A stretch of 64,000 nt of DNA from a virus (Duplodnaviria > Caudoviricetes). Of this stretch, positions 39,285-49,209 are shown piece by piece. Position 1 is the stretch's first letter, and every line of letters starts with the position of its first letter. Where the stretch lies: positions 40,535 through 104,534 of the IMG/VR virus record IMGVR_UViG_3300037067_012456. The stretch is one strand, 5' to 3'. The position numbers and the translations under genes are program-made. The notes beneath the pieces were generated by a model. That model ran no database searches. It was not told where the DNA came from and saw only the letters and a program-made list of their open reading frames with translations.

Positions 39285-41405
39285 ATGGCTGAACCAACCC
39301 TTGATAGTTTATCAACACAAATGAAAGATGCTCCTGTTGGTTCTATTCCTACAAGTGGACCTGGGAGTAAAACACCCGCTACTCCTCCGTTAGGTGGAGG
39401 AACGCCATTAGGTGGGGGTTCTCCAATAAAGCCTATAGGTGAACCAGGTGCTCCTAATAAAGATTCAATAGAGGCACCAACTCCTTTAGATCAAGATTCT
39501 TTTAAAGGATTGGTTGATGATGTTTATGCAGCAATGGATGACGCTAAAGTTTTAGCTAAAACATCAGAAGATATAATAAATTATTTATTAGAAAATAAAT
39601 GGTCTGAAAAAAGACTCCGTGATTTATCTAAATATTTAAAAACATCTATAAAAGAGATGATTTTATCTATAAAGAAACATGTTAAAAAAGATGGAGTTAA
39701 TGAGACTATTGATTTAATAAAAAAGAAGATTAATAAAATTCAAAGTGAAAATGCATCAGAAATGCCAGCACCTGGGATTCCTCCATTGACTCCCAATTTA
39801 GCAGGGCCTCCTGGTGCAGCAATGGGTGCAGGTACTGGATTACCATTAACTCCACCACCTCCAACAGGAGGACCTGGGATAGTGGCCAGTTCAAATGATA
39901 CTAGAACATTAACAGATGTAGATCTGAAAAATATAAGTAAAAGAGGTTCACAAATGAGTAAAGTTATTATAAAAGATGGGGCAGTTGTTGATTCTTCTGC
40001 ATATGCAAAAGAACTCATCGATAAACTTTCCGATTCTATACGTACAGTTAAAACTAGCATGAAGAAATTTGATGATGTGAAAGTTAAATATGCTGGTGCT
40101 TTAGCTCTAAAGAAAGCTATAGAAGAGATTGGTTTAAAGACTCCAGGTGGTGGAATGGATGCTGGTATTGATATGGATATGGGTCCAGGAGCTGCTGAAG
40201 GTGAAGAAGGTGGTGTTGATTCTAAACTAGATACTATTATTGATAAACTTGATACAATGTCTGGTGATCTTGCAGCGTTAAAGGGTGAAGAAGAAGAAGT
40301 TGGTGATGAATTAGAGGGTGATACTGATGTATTAGATGATGTTACCGACGAAGCAGAAAAAGAATCTGAATCTATTCCTGGAAAAGAAGGAAAAGATGTT
40401 ATGTCTATGGTTGAAGAAGCTAGAACAGTTATTTCTACTGCTAAATCAAAACTTAGAGAAAATATTACAGCTTCTTTTGAAGATATGATTAAAGCTAAAA
40501 AAGAAAAAGCAGATAAAAAAGACGATAAAAAAGACGATAAAAAAGACGATAAAAAAGACGATAAAAAAGAAAATCCATTTAAAAAGAAAGACGAAAAGAA
40601 AGATGAAAAAAAGGATAAAGATGCTTCTATAGATGTTGAAGATCTTATTAGAAAAGTGAAAGCTCGTATTGAAGAAATACGTTCAGAAAAAGAAGCTAAT
40701 TTATATCCATTTAAGAAAGAAATTAAACCAATTCCTCCAGTTGATAATATCAATGCTGAAACTGCTGGCAAACAAATTTCTACTGTTGATAAAGAAATTA
40801 AAGGGCAACCAGTTACTGATAAAGATATGGAAAATATCAATCATGGTGATATTGGTCAAAAAGATCTTTCTTATTCACAAGGGAAATCAGATCCAGGTAA
40901 AACTACTGAAAAGAAAGTTTCTATTGAAGTTGCTGAAAGAATTAGAAAACATAGTATTCAAAATGCTATTGATAAAGCAAGATTGTCAGTTGAATTGGCA
41001 TCTCGTCAGCAATTAAAAGGTATGATAGACGATCCTCTTCGTGTATCTCTTTCTAAGAATATAGTAGAAGCCGGAATCGATCCCGAAACAGCAGAAGCTA
41101 TTATACATAATGCATATATTGATGCTTATGAAGAATCTCATAAATCTATTATGAAAGAAGCTTTTGATACTTTCATGGAAAAAGATTTTGATGAGTTTAC
41201 TAAGATTGCAAAATTTGTTGATGATTATAAGGTCAAACAAGCTGAAATTAGTTCTGTAGAGAACACAGAGGAATCATTTAGAGATAAAGAAGCCAGTGAT
41301 AATGCACCTCTTCGTGGATTTAGTGCTGATAAGGATAGTAGAAAAGAGATGTATAGAGAGTACTGGACACACGTTTCCAATAATCGTGGAATCGTAAAAG
41401 GGTAA
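39285..41405 (+). CDS. putative capsid scaffolding protein
   Basis: Charged/coiled-coil and Pro/Gly-rich; directly precedes the decoration and capsid genes. Confidence 0.65.
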   Translation: MAEPTLDSLSTQMKDAPVGSIPTSGPGSKTPATPPLGGGTPLGGGSPIKPIGEPGAPNKDSIEAPTPLDQDSFKGLVDDVYAAMDDAKVLAKTSEDIINYLLENKWSEKRLRDLSKYLKTSIKEMILSIKKHVKKDGVNETIDLIKKKINKIQSENASEMPAPGIPPLTPNLAGPPGAAMGAGTGLPLTPPPPTGGPGIVASSNDTRTLTDVDLKNISKRGSQMSKVIIKDGAVVDSSAYAKELIDKLSDSIRTVKTSMKKFDDVKVKYAGALALKKAIEEIGLKTPGGGMDAGIDMDMGPGAAEGEEGGVDSKLDTIIDKLDTMSGDLAALKGEEEEVGDELEGDTDVLDDVTDEAEKESESIPGKEGKDVMSMVEEARTVISTAKSKLRENITASFEDMIKAKKEKADKKDDKKDDKKDDKKDDKKENPFKKKDEKKDEKKDKDASIDVEDLIRKVKARIEEIRSEKEANLYPFKKEIKPIPPVDNINAETAGKQISTVDKEIKGQPVTDKDMENINHGDIGQKDLSYSQGKSDPGKTTEKKVSIEVAERIRKHSIQNAIDKARLSVELASRQQLKGMIDDPLRVSLSKNIVEAGIDPETAEAIIHNAYIDAYEESHKSIMKEAFDTFMEKDFDEFTKIAKFVDDYKVKQAEISSVENTEESFRDKEASDNAPLRGFSADKDSRKEMYREYWTHVSNNRGIVKG
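40512..40570 (+). repeat. 12-bp coding tandem repeat (DKKD, about 5 copies)
   Basis: gataaaaaagac units. Confidence 0.95.
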
Positions 41406-41457
41406 GAAGCAGCCCAAAATGCTTGATATTATTATAAAACTTGCTAGGAGATAGATT

Positions 41458-42180
41458 ATGGCGACACTTCCTGATCTTGGCATGAATGGTCTTGTAAATT
41501 CTGTGCGTAGACTTAGCGGTCTTGCAAATCCAGGTTACAGAAATGTAGATCCTGATGCAGAATTTATTGCCGGTTGCGTAGCAAAATTAGCAGCAGATTC
41601 GAATGGTAATCCCGTTCTTCAAACAGCTGATGCTGATGATACTAACTTAATCGGACTATTCTATTGCCACAAAACGCTAAGTTTTTATAGGCCAGTTGTA
41701 AATGAGGAACAAACCTTTGGTACTTCCCCAAATACAGCTACTATTGCTTATTTAAACCATGCAAACGTTAAAACCGGTTCTGTACAGGTGACATCTACAG
41801 GGGCTTCCCCAACACCTTATACAATTACAACCGACTATACAGTTAATACAACTAATGGTTATATTAATACCTCAACAGGTACTAGTTCTATTGGAGCTAC
41901 TGATACTGTATATATTTCTTACTTATACCTCGATCCAAACCTCGTTGGTATAGACCAGACTTTAGGTTCTGGAAAAGCGGCTACACTTGAAGATGCTGGT
42001 GAAGTTGCAACATTAGTATATGCTACAGGCGTTTCAACACCTTATACATTAATGTGTAGCTTGTATTCAGATGCTAATGGATATATCACTACTGCAAATG
42101 GTGGTGGAACTGTAGTTGGTAAGTGTACAAAAGTACCTACAGCTGAAGATCCTGAACTCCATTTTAAGTTATTGGTATAG
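41458..42180 (+). CDS. putative head decoration / minor capsid protein
   Basis: Thr/Gly-rich beta protein directly upstream of the MCP; AGGAG RBS. Confidence 0.6.
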   Translation: MATLPDLGMNGLVNSVRRLSGLANPGYRNVDPDAEFIAGCVAKLAADSNGNPVLQTADADDTNLIGLFYCHKTLSFYRPVVNEEQTFGTSPNTATIAYLNHANVKTGSVQVTSTGASPTPYTITTDYTVNTTNGYINTSTGTSSIGATDTVYISYLYLDPNLVGIDQTLGSGKAATLEDAGEVATLVYATGVSTPYTLMCSLYSDANGYITTANGGGTVVGKCTKVPTAEDPELHFKLLV

Positions 42181-42193
42181 GAGGTAACTAACT

Positions 42194-43342
42194 ATGTGGG
42201 CTACTAATATGGAAAAGAAAGAAATTAGAAAAGTTGCCTCTAAAGACGAGAGGTTGTTAAATCCAAAAGCATTCGGTGGAACAGATTCTACTGGTCGTGA
42301 AAAACATGCTTCCAAAGAAGATATGTTTAATAGCAAAGGCGAAATGAATGCATACGATAAAAAGGATGTCATTACTCAGCAACAAAAATTCGCCAGCTTA
42401 AGAGAACAATATAAGAAATCTGGTTCCTTTTATTCAATGGATGAAAAACAAAGAATTATGGAAGCAGCTTTTGGTGGTAACGAAGAAGAAAGAATGAGAT
42501 TTGGAGCAGAAATGATTCCACTTATTCTGGATAGATTAGACTATGAAGGATTTATCCGTCAGGTCTTTAAAACTCACGAAGTTGCTCAAGGTCAAATTAT
42601 ATCATACGAAAAGGATATAAATGTTACCGCTCTTATTATCCAAGAAGACGGTCAGACAATTGAGTGCGTTGTGAAGGGTAATCGTGTATTCCCAGCTGAA
42701 TTCTGGGTTACAGCATTCCCAAAAATTAATATGGCCGAAATTGCCAAACGTCAGTTTGACATCGTAGACCGTACTCATGATAAAGCTACATTCCAAATCA
42801 TGCTTCAAGAAGATAGAAATGGACTCCGTGAGCTTTATCAAGCTTCTACTTTAGAAAACTCAAACATAACTATTTCCTCAACAGTTAATAAGTCTGTTCT
42901 TGAGTCACTACAGTATGAAGTAGAAAGACACAGATTAATTTGCGATAAGTTCCTCATGAATCGTGCTGAATTAGGCGATTTCAAGAGAAACATTAACTCT
43001 ATGGATTACGATCCAATTACTTCCAGAGACATCTTGTTAACTGGTATTTTTGGAAACATCTGGGGAGTTAATATATTCGTATCTGCTGGTGTTGACGAAG
43101 CCGGTATCCAAAACGTATCTGTTCCAGAGGGCATGGTCTTTGCTGTAACCGAAGGTAGATATTTGGGTGCTATGCCAATTCGTATTTCTTTAACAATGCT
43201 TCCTGCTGATCAATTTGTTTTTGGAAAATTTCAGTATGGTTACTTGTTTGGTGAAATGATTGGTCAGGCTATTCTTAACCCAAGAGCAATTGCATGTGGT
43301 ATTAAAACCGGTACAACAGTTCCTGCATGGATGTCTGCTTAA
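42194..43342 (+). CDS. major capsid protein (HK97 fold)
   Basis: LDYEGFIRQVF, YEKD, FDIVDR..Q.ED, GNIWGVNI and NPRAIA patterns; GGAGG RBS, biased codons, followed by a terminator. Confidence 0.85.
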   Translation: MWATNMEKKEIRKVASKDERLLNPKAFGGTDSTGREKHASKEDMFNSKGEMNAYDKKDVITQQQKFASLREQYKKSGSFYSMDEKQRIMEAAFGGNEEERMRFGAEMIPLILDRLDYEGFIRQVFKTHEVAQGQIISYEKDINVTALIIQEDGQTIECVVKGNRVFPAEFWVTAFPKINMAEIAKRQFDIVDRTHDKATFQIMLQEDRNGLRELYQASTLENSNITISSTVNKSVLESLQYEVERHRLICDKFLMNRAELGDFKRNINSMDYDPITSRDILLTGIFGNIWGVNIFVSAGVDEAGIQNVSVPEGMVFAVTEGRYLGAMPIRISLTMLPADQFVFGKFQYGYLFGEMIGQAILNPRAIACGIKTGTTVPAWMSA

Positions 43343-43363
43343 TAATTTAGTAACAAAATAATT

Positions 43364-43393
43364 AAATACCCTTTGAAAAAAGGGTATTTTTTT
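43364..43393 (+). terminator. intrinsic terminator after the MCP gene
   Basis: aaatacccttt-gaaa-aaagggtattt followed by a T run. Confidence 0.88.
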
Positions 43394-43394
43394 A

Positions 43395-43424
43395 TTGACA
43401 AAAATACTATTTGATGCTACTAAT
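43395..43424 (+). promoter_or_regulatory. possible sigma70-like promoter for the endonuclease gene
   Basis: TTGACA-N17-TACTAA(T), preceded by TG. Confidence 0.45.
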
Positions 43425-43430
43425 GGATTT

Positions 43431-45116
43431 ATGAAGAAAAAAGAATGTAAATACTGTAATGCAACAGAAAATCTTGTTGAAGGAATTAGATTAGGTAAGA
43501 AGTTTTATTATCCTGTATGTATTGATTGTTTTTATTTATATCAACAGGATAAAACTTTAAAAAGAAAAAAAACTACATTAAAAAAATATGGTGTAGAAAA
43601 TGTATCCCAATCTGAGGATATTAAAAATAAAATAAAAAACACTTCTATGAGTGTTTATGGATTTTCCAATGCATCACAATCTTCTTTAATTAAAGAAAAA
43701 AGAGAAAAAACTAATATTGAGAGATATGGAGGAAAGACACCAGCTTCTAATAAAAAAGTTAGAGATAAAATGAAAAAAACATCTAAAGATAGATATGGTG
43801 TAGAAAATCCAATACAAAATACTGAAATAAAAAATAAAGCAATTATAACATTAATTAATAAGTATGGAGTTGATAATATATTTAAAAGTGAAGAATTTAA
43901 AGAATCTATGAGGATTCTGAATAGGGAAAAATATGGTGTTGATTTTTTTACACAAACTAATGAAATGAAAGAAAAGTCACAAGACACTATGTTAAAAAAC
44001 TATGGAGTTAAGTTTCATTCTCAAGATCCCACAATAAAAAAGAAAATGTGGACTACTTATAGAACTAATTATTGGGAAACATTTATAGTTACTTTAGCAC
44101 AAAAATATATAGAACCTTTATTTGATAAGGAACAATATATAACTAATAACAACTTTTTATTAAATAAATATAAATGTTTACGATGTGGAAATACTTTAGA
44201 CTTTGAATATTTAAATCCTCATAGAATAAATTGTATATGTACACAACATAGATCGTATTATGAAGATAATATAATAGATTGGTTAAAACTTAATAATATT
44301 TCTAATATTATTCCAAATAAAAAGTTTTATGAAAATGGAAAATTTAAGTATGAAATAGATATTTTTTTTCCTGAAAAAAATTTTGGTATAGATTTTTCTG
44401 GTATTTATTGGCATAGTGATAGGTATAAAGAAAAAAATTATCATCAAAATAAATACAAATATTTTAAAGAAAAAAATATAGAATTTATTCAAATTTTTGA
44501 AAATGAATGGGTTAATAAACAAGATATTGTAAAATCAATAATTCTGTCAAAGTTTGGATTAAATAAAAGAATATTTGCTAGAAAGTGTACTATAAAAGAA
44601 GTATCAACAAAAGATTACAAAGATTTCATGTTAAAAAATCATTTACAGGGATATATTCCAGCAAAAATTTTAATAGGATTATATTTTGATGATATTCTTA
44701 TTTGTGCTGCATCTTTTAGTAAATATAGGTATATTAAAGAAGATTCATATGAAATAATACGTTTTGCAACTAAATTAGGTTATACAGTAATTGGAGGATT
44801 TGGCAAAATATTGAAATATTTTGAACTTAAGTATTGCCCGAATAAATTAATAAGTTTTATTGATGTAAGGTATTTTAATGGTAAAAGTTATATTGATTTT
44901 ACTTTTGAAAAGTTAACAAATCCTAATTATTTTTATTTTAAAATAAAAGATGAAAGTTTAACACTTCATAGTAGAATTAAATTTCAAAAACATAAATTAT
45001 CTTCTTTATTAGAAAATTTTGATGATAATTTATCTGAATTAGAAAACATGAAAAATAATGGTTTTGTACGAATATTTGATGCTGGTAATCTAAAAATGAT
45101 TAAACTTTATATTTAA
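43431..45116 (+). CDS. putative homing endonuclease (Zn finger, YGV repeats, Vsr/PD-(D/E)XK-like domain, Hef-like C-terminal domain)
   Basis: KKYGVEN repeats; EIDIF...GIYWHS; ARKC..NHLQG..IFDAG; ATG 43431 preferred as start. Confidence 0.8.
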   Translation: MKKKECKYCNATENLVEGIRLGKKFYYPVCIDCFYLYQQDKTLKRKKTTLKKYGVENVSQSEDIKNKIKNTSMSVYGFSNASQSSLIKEKREKTNIERYGGKTPASNKKVRDKMKKTSKDRYGVENPIQNTEIKNKAIITLINKYGVDNIFKSEEFKESMRILNREKYGVDFFTQTNEMKEKSQDTMLKNYGVKFHSQDPTIKKKMWTTYRTNYWETFIVTLAQKYIEPLFDKEQYITNNNFLLNKYKCLRCGNTLDFEYLNPHRINCICTQHRSYYEDNIIDWLKLNNISNIIPNKKFYENGKFKYEIDIFFPEKNFGIDFSGIYWHSDRYKEKNYHQNKYKYFKEKNIEFIQIFENEWVNKQDIVKSIILSKFGLNKRIFARKCTIKEVSTKDYKDFMLKNHLQGYIPAKILIGLYFDDILICAASFSKYRYIKEDSYEIIRFATKLGYTVIGGFGKILKYFELKYCPNKLISFIDVRYFNGKSYIDFTFEKLTNPNYFYFKIKDESLTLHSRIKFQKHKLSSLLENFDDNLSELENMKNNGFVRIFDAGNLKMIKLYI

Positions 45117-45230
45117 GTATCTTTTTTTCTGTCTTTTTTGAAAAAATACTTGACTATATTACATAGTTATATATTTATTAATATATATGAAATTTTAATT
45201 ATTAATAATTATATTAAATGAGATAAATTT

Positions 45231-46112
45231 TTGAGAAGACCTCCCTTATTAACCTTTTTAACATTTAATAGGCTAGGAAATACTATACCTAGTCTTAGAT
45301 CATTACTAGAATCTACCGATGATTTTGAATTATATCTATTAGATAATTTTTCTCAAGATAAAACATGGGATTATTTGAATTCAGTATCTGATCCTAGAAT
45401 AGTATATAGAGAAAGATCTGATAAGAATATTGGTGGAGTTTTATTAAATAAAGCATTAATTCATAGGAAACCAGATCAAGATTGGTTTAATTATGAATAT
45501 GATTGTTTTTTAATAACAATAAAGTTTATATCAATTTTTCAAGATATATTTGATAATGAATCAAATATTGCTGGTTTATGTGGTAATCTTCCTGGTATTA
45601 TTCCTAAAGGTGTTGATGATACTCAACTTATTAAAGTAAATAATTATAGAATTTATAAATCTCATATAATGGGTTATTGTATGGGTATGAGATATGAAGT
45701 TATGAATAAGTTAGGATATCTTGATGAAGTAACATATGGAATGGATATGGATCTTTATTATAGAATTGATCGTATGTTACACATGAAAACAGGATATTCT
45801 TTAGATGCTCATTGTTTAATGGTAGGAATACCTACATGTGACATGTGTACTGCTGGGCAAAAAATTTGTTTAGGAGATAAAATTTGTACTAAATATTATT
45901 CAAGGGTTTTAAATGATTTTTATTCACAATATAATCCAGATATGGTTAAACGAGTAAAGGAAAGTATCAATAAAGATAAACTTTATTGTGATACTATTTA
46001 TAACCCGAATACTTCTTTAACAATAGAAGAGCAAAAAGTAGCAAAAGAGAATATAGATAATTTTTCTAATATTTATAATAAATTTTTAAATACACTAAAA
46101 GAGAATATATGA
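45231..46112 (+). CDS. glycosyltransferase family 2
   Basis: LTFNR..., LLDNFSQD.T, LGYLDE..YG.D.D. Confidence 0.85.
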   Translation: MRRPPLLTFLTFNRLGNTIPSLRSLLESTDDFELYLLDNFSQDKTWDYLNSVSDPRIVYRERSDKNIGGVLLNKALIHRKPDQDWFNYEYDCFLITIKFISIFQDIFDNESNIAGLCGNLPGIIPKGVDDTQLIKVNNYRIYKSHIMGYCMGMRYEVMNKLGYLDEVTYGMDMDLYYRIDRMLHMKTGYSLDAHCLMVGIPTCDMCTAGQKICLGDKICTKYYSRVLNDFYSQYNPDMVKRVKESINKDKLYCDTIYNPNTSLTIEEQKVAKENIDNFSNIYNKFLNTLKENI

Positions 46113-47026
46113 GACCACCATTATTTACATTTTTAACGTTTAATAGATTAGGAAATACTTGTATTAGTTTAGAATCTGTATTACAAAGTCCAGATGATTT
46201 TGAAATGTATATTATAGATAATGGATCTAAAGATTTTACATGGGATTATTTAAATACTATTGATGATCCACGAATAAAAGATAGAAAAAGATTTGATAGT
46301 AACTTTGGAATAGCAGCATTAAATTACGCTCTCTCTTTTAGAAAAGAGGACCAAGATTGGGTAAATGTAGAACCAGATACCCATATACATAATAAAAATT
46401 TTATATCAGAATTTAAAAAAGCATCTGAATTTTATCCTGAATTTGGATATTTTTCTGGTATGCTCTATGGTGGTGATGTTCCACTTACTGTAATTTCTCA
46501 TGATTATGTTAAAACAATGGTAGATACTTATCCACAAACAGTAATTCAAAGAGGACAGTACAGAGTTTGGGATAGTGGTGTAGGAATGACGGGTTATTGT
46601 TTATATATTCCATCAAATGTGATGAATCAATTAATGTTTTTAGATGAAGTATCTTATGGAGCAGATGTTGATTTAAATTGTAGAATTATGAAGGGATTGA
46701 AAAAAAAGGCTGGATTTGTATTTAATATTGGATGTTCTATGATAGGAACAGATTGTAAAATCTGTTTATCATATGGAAATATTTGCCCCGGTCAAAATAT
46801 TTGTAATAAAATATATTCTAGAGTTACAAGTACTTTTATAGCAAAAAGAGGAACTTGGACAACTGATGTTATAAATCAAAGAATATCTGGTAAACTCCCA
46901 TTAAAATGTGATTCTATTTTTGGACAACAAATATCAGATAGTGATAAAGCACAAAGTTTAAAAAATATAGAAGAATTAAAGAATATTTATGATGAATATC
47001 TTAGAACAATGGGATATCAAAAATGA
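46109..47026 (+). CDS. glycosyltransferase family 2 (tandem paralogue)
   Basis: IIDNGSKD.T, N.G...LN, LDE..YG.DVD. Confidence 0.88.
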   Translation: MRPPLFTFLTFNRLGNTCISLESVLQSPDDFEMYIIDNGSKDFTWDYLNTIDDPRIKDRKRFDSNFGIAALNYALSFRKEDQDWVNVEPDTHIHNKNFISEFKKASEFYPEFGYFSGMLYGGDVPLTVISHDYVKTMVDTYPQTVIQRGQYRVWDSGVGMTGYCLYIPSNVMNQLMFLDEVSYGADVDLNCRIMKGLKKKAGFVFNIGCSMIGTDCKICLSYGNICPGQNICNKIYSRVTSTFIAKRGTWTTDVINQRISGKLPLKCDSIFGQQISDSDKAQSLKNIEELKNIYDEYLRTMGYQK

Positions 47027-47547
47027 AGTTGCACATTGGTTGCGGGTATCAACATAAAGATGGTTGGATTAATATAGATATAGAGAAATTTTCAAGTGTT
47101 GATATAGTTCATGATGCAAGAACTATATTTCCTTATTCAGACAATTCTATTGATTTTGTTTTTAATGAACATTTTATAGAACATATTTCGTTACAAGACG
47201 GCATTTCTTTTTTAAAAGAAATGTACAGAATTATTAAACCAAATGGAGTTATTAGAATAGCAGCACCTGATTTGGATGTTATTATTGATCAATTTGTAAA
47301 TGATTCTTGGAGAGATGATTTTAAAAAAGCACAAATTCCTTGTAATACTCGTTGTGAAATGTTGGACATGTCCATGAGGGGTTGGGGACATTTGTATTTA
47401 TATAACTATGAAGAATTAGAATATCGTCTTAAAAATAGTGGTTTTATAAACATATCACGAAAAGAATTATATAAAAGTGATTACCCAGAATTATGTAATC
47501 TAGAAACAAGATGGGCTTCTTTTTTAATTATTGAGGCGACAAAATGA
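47023..47547 (+). CDS. SAM-dependent methyltransferase (type 11-like)
   Basis: LHIGCG, GWINID, EHFIEH, RIIKPNG. Confidence 0.9.
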   Translation: MKLHIGCGYQHKDGWINIDIEKFSSVDIVHDARTIFPYSDNSIDFVFNEHFIEHISLQDGISFLKEMYRIIKPNGVIRIAAPDLDVIIDQFVNDSWRDDFKKAQIPCNTRCEMLDMSMRGWGHLYLYNYEELEYRLKNSGFINISRKELYKSDYPELCNLETRWASFLIIEATK

Positions 47548-48245
47548 AACTTGGAATAATGCAACCTTATTTTCTTCCATATATTGGATATTGGCAACTC
47601 ATAAATTCTGTTGATGAATTTGTAATTTATGATAATATTAAATATACTAAAAAAGGTTGGATCAATAGAAATAGAATTTTATGTAACGGTAAAGATGAGT
47701 ATATTACTATACCTTTAAAAAAAGATTCAGATTATTTGGATGTAAAAGATAGATACATTGCATATTCTTGGGATGATGAAAAAAATAAAATATTAAACAA
47801 AATAAGACAATACTATAAAAAATCTCCACAATTTTCTCAAGGATATACTCTTTTTGAAACTTGCATATCTTGCGAAGAAAGAAATTTATTTAAATTTATT
47901 CTAAATTCAGTTGAATTGATAAAAACATATCTCGATATTAAAACTCCACTTATAATCTCTTCAACAATTCCTTCAGATCAAAATCTACAATCTGAAGATA
48001 AAGTATTAGACATTTGTAAAGTAAGAAAAGCAACTACTTACATAAATGCCAGTGGTGGTGTAGAATTATATGATAAAAATAATTTCACCAAAGAAGGAAT
48101 GGAACTCAATTTTATTAAATCAAACCAAATTACTTATAAACAATTTGATAATGAATTTATTCCTTGGCTCTCTATTTTAGATGTTTTGATGTTTAATTCA
48201 AAAGAAGAAATACAATCAATGCTAAATAATTATACTTTATTTTAG
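47544..48245 (+). CDS. wbqC: WbqC-like protein (putative aminoacyl/glycine transferase)
   Basis: IMQPYFLPYIGYWQL, WINRNRI, LSILDVL. Confidence 0.92.
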   Translation: MKLGIMQPYFLPYIGYWQLINSVDEFVIYDNIKYTKKGWINRNRILCNGKDEYITIPLKKDSDYLDVKDRYIAYSWDDEKNKILNKIRQYYKKSPQFSQGYTLFETCISCEERNLFKFILNSVELIKTYLDIKTPLIISSTIPSDQNLQSEDKVLDICKVRKATTYINASGGVELYDKNNFTKEGMELNFIKSNQITYKQFDNEFIPWLSILDVLMFNSKEEIQSMLNNYTLF

Positions 48246-48255
48246 GATATATGAA

Positions 48256-49209
48256 ATGTTTAGATGGAAAAAATTAGGACAAATATTCTCACCACAAACT
48301 GTAAACGATGGTATTGATAGACCTTGGATGAAGGAATATTCTCAATGCACAAGTACAGTATTTTTCGATAAATTTATACGAATATACTTTTCTTGTAGAC
48401 CATTCAAAGATAAAGAAGGAGCTGTATCATATACGGCTTTTGTTGATGTTGATAAAAATGATTTAACAAAAATTATAAATATAGCAAAAGAACCCATTCT
48501 TCCTTTAGGTAGGCTAGGTACTTTTGATGAACATGCTGTTTATCCTACTTGTGTTATTAAGCGAAAAGATGACTTTGCTTTATATTACGCTGGTTGGTAC
48601 AGATGCAAGTCTGTCCCATTTAATACATCAATTGGATTGGCAATCAGTAATGATGGTGCCTCATTTAAGCGGATTGGAGATGGGCCAATTATGGCTCCAA
48701 ATATTAATGAACCTTTCGTTATTAGTGGCCCAAAAGTCAGAAGATTTAAAGAATATTGGTACATGTATTATTTAGCTGGAACTGAGTGGATATCAAACAA
48801 TGGAAGCCCCGAAATAATATATAAAATAAAAATGGCTTCTTCAGAGGATGGGATAGAATGGGAAAGAGTGGGTCAAAATATTATACCTGATATTTTAGAA
48901 CCAGAGGAGTGTCAAGCAGGTCCTGATGTATTTTATCATGAAGGAAAGTATCATATGTATTTTGCATACAGATACGGATTGGATTTTCGTGGAAATAATA
49001 GAGGTTACAGAATAGGATATGCCTATTCCTATGATTTATATAACTGGACAAGGGATGATGCTAATGTTGGAATAGGTTATTCTGAATCTGGTTGGGATAG
49101 TCAAATGCATCATTATCCTCATATATTTAAACATAATGATAAATTATATATGTTATATAATGGAAATGATTTTGGTAGATATGGATTTGGATTAGCAGTA
49201 GCAGAATAA
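48256..49209 (+). CDS. five-bladed beta-propeller glycosidase-like protein
   Basis: WKKLG, GTFDE, IGLAISNDG, SEDGIEW, YNGNDFG. Confidence 0.8.
   Translation: MFRWKKLGQIFSPQTVNDGIDRPWMKEYSQCTSTVFFDKFIRIYFSCRPFKDKEGAVSYTAFVDVDKNDLTKIINIAKEPILPLGRLGTFDEHAVYPTCVIKRKDDFALYYAGWYRCKSVPFNTSIGLAISNDGASFKRIGDGPIMAPNINEPFVISGPKVRRFKEYWYMYYLAGTEWISNNGSPEIIYKIKMASSEDGIEWERVGQNIIPDILEPEECQAGPDVFYHEGKYHMYFAYRYGLDFRGNNRGYRIGYAYSYDLYNWTRDDANVGIGYSESGWDSQMHHYPHIFKHNDKLYMLYNGNDFGRYGFGLAVAE

Noticed and set aside
40512-40570. 12-bp and 21-bp tandem repeats (also 32550-32646) as CRISPR or regulatory arrays
   Set aside because: In-frame coding repeats without spacers
39740-40840. 366-aa minus-strand ORF
   Set aside because: Antisense shadow of the scaffold gene; Ser/Phe/Leu-rich mirror of its Lys/Asp/Glu codons
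43395-43430. TTG start for the endonuclease given in the ORF track
   Set aside because: The TTG is part of a TTGACA box next to the terminator. ATG 43431 gives MKKKECKYC, matching the start of the 58484 protein.
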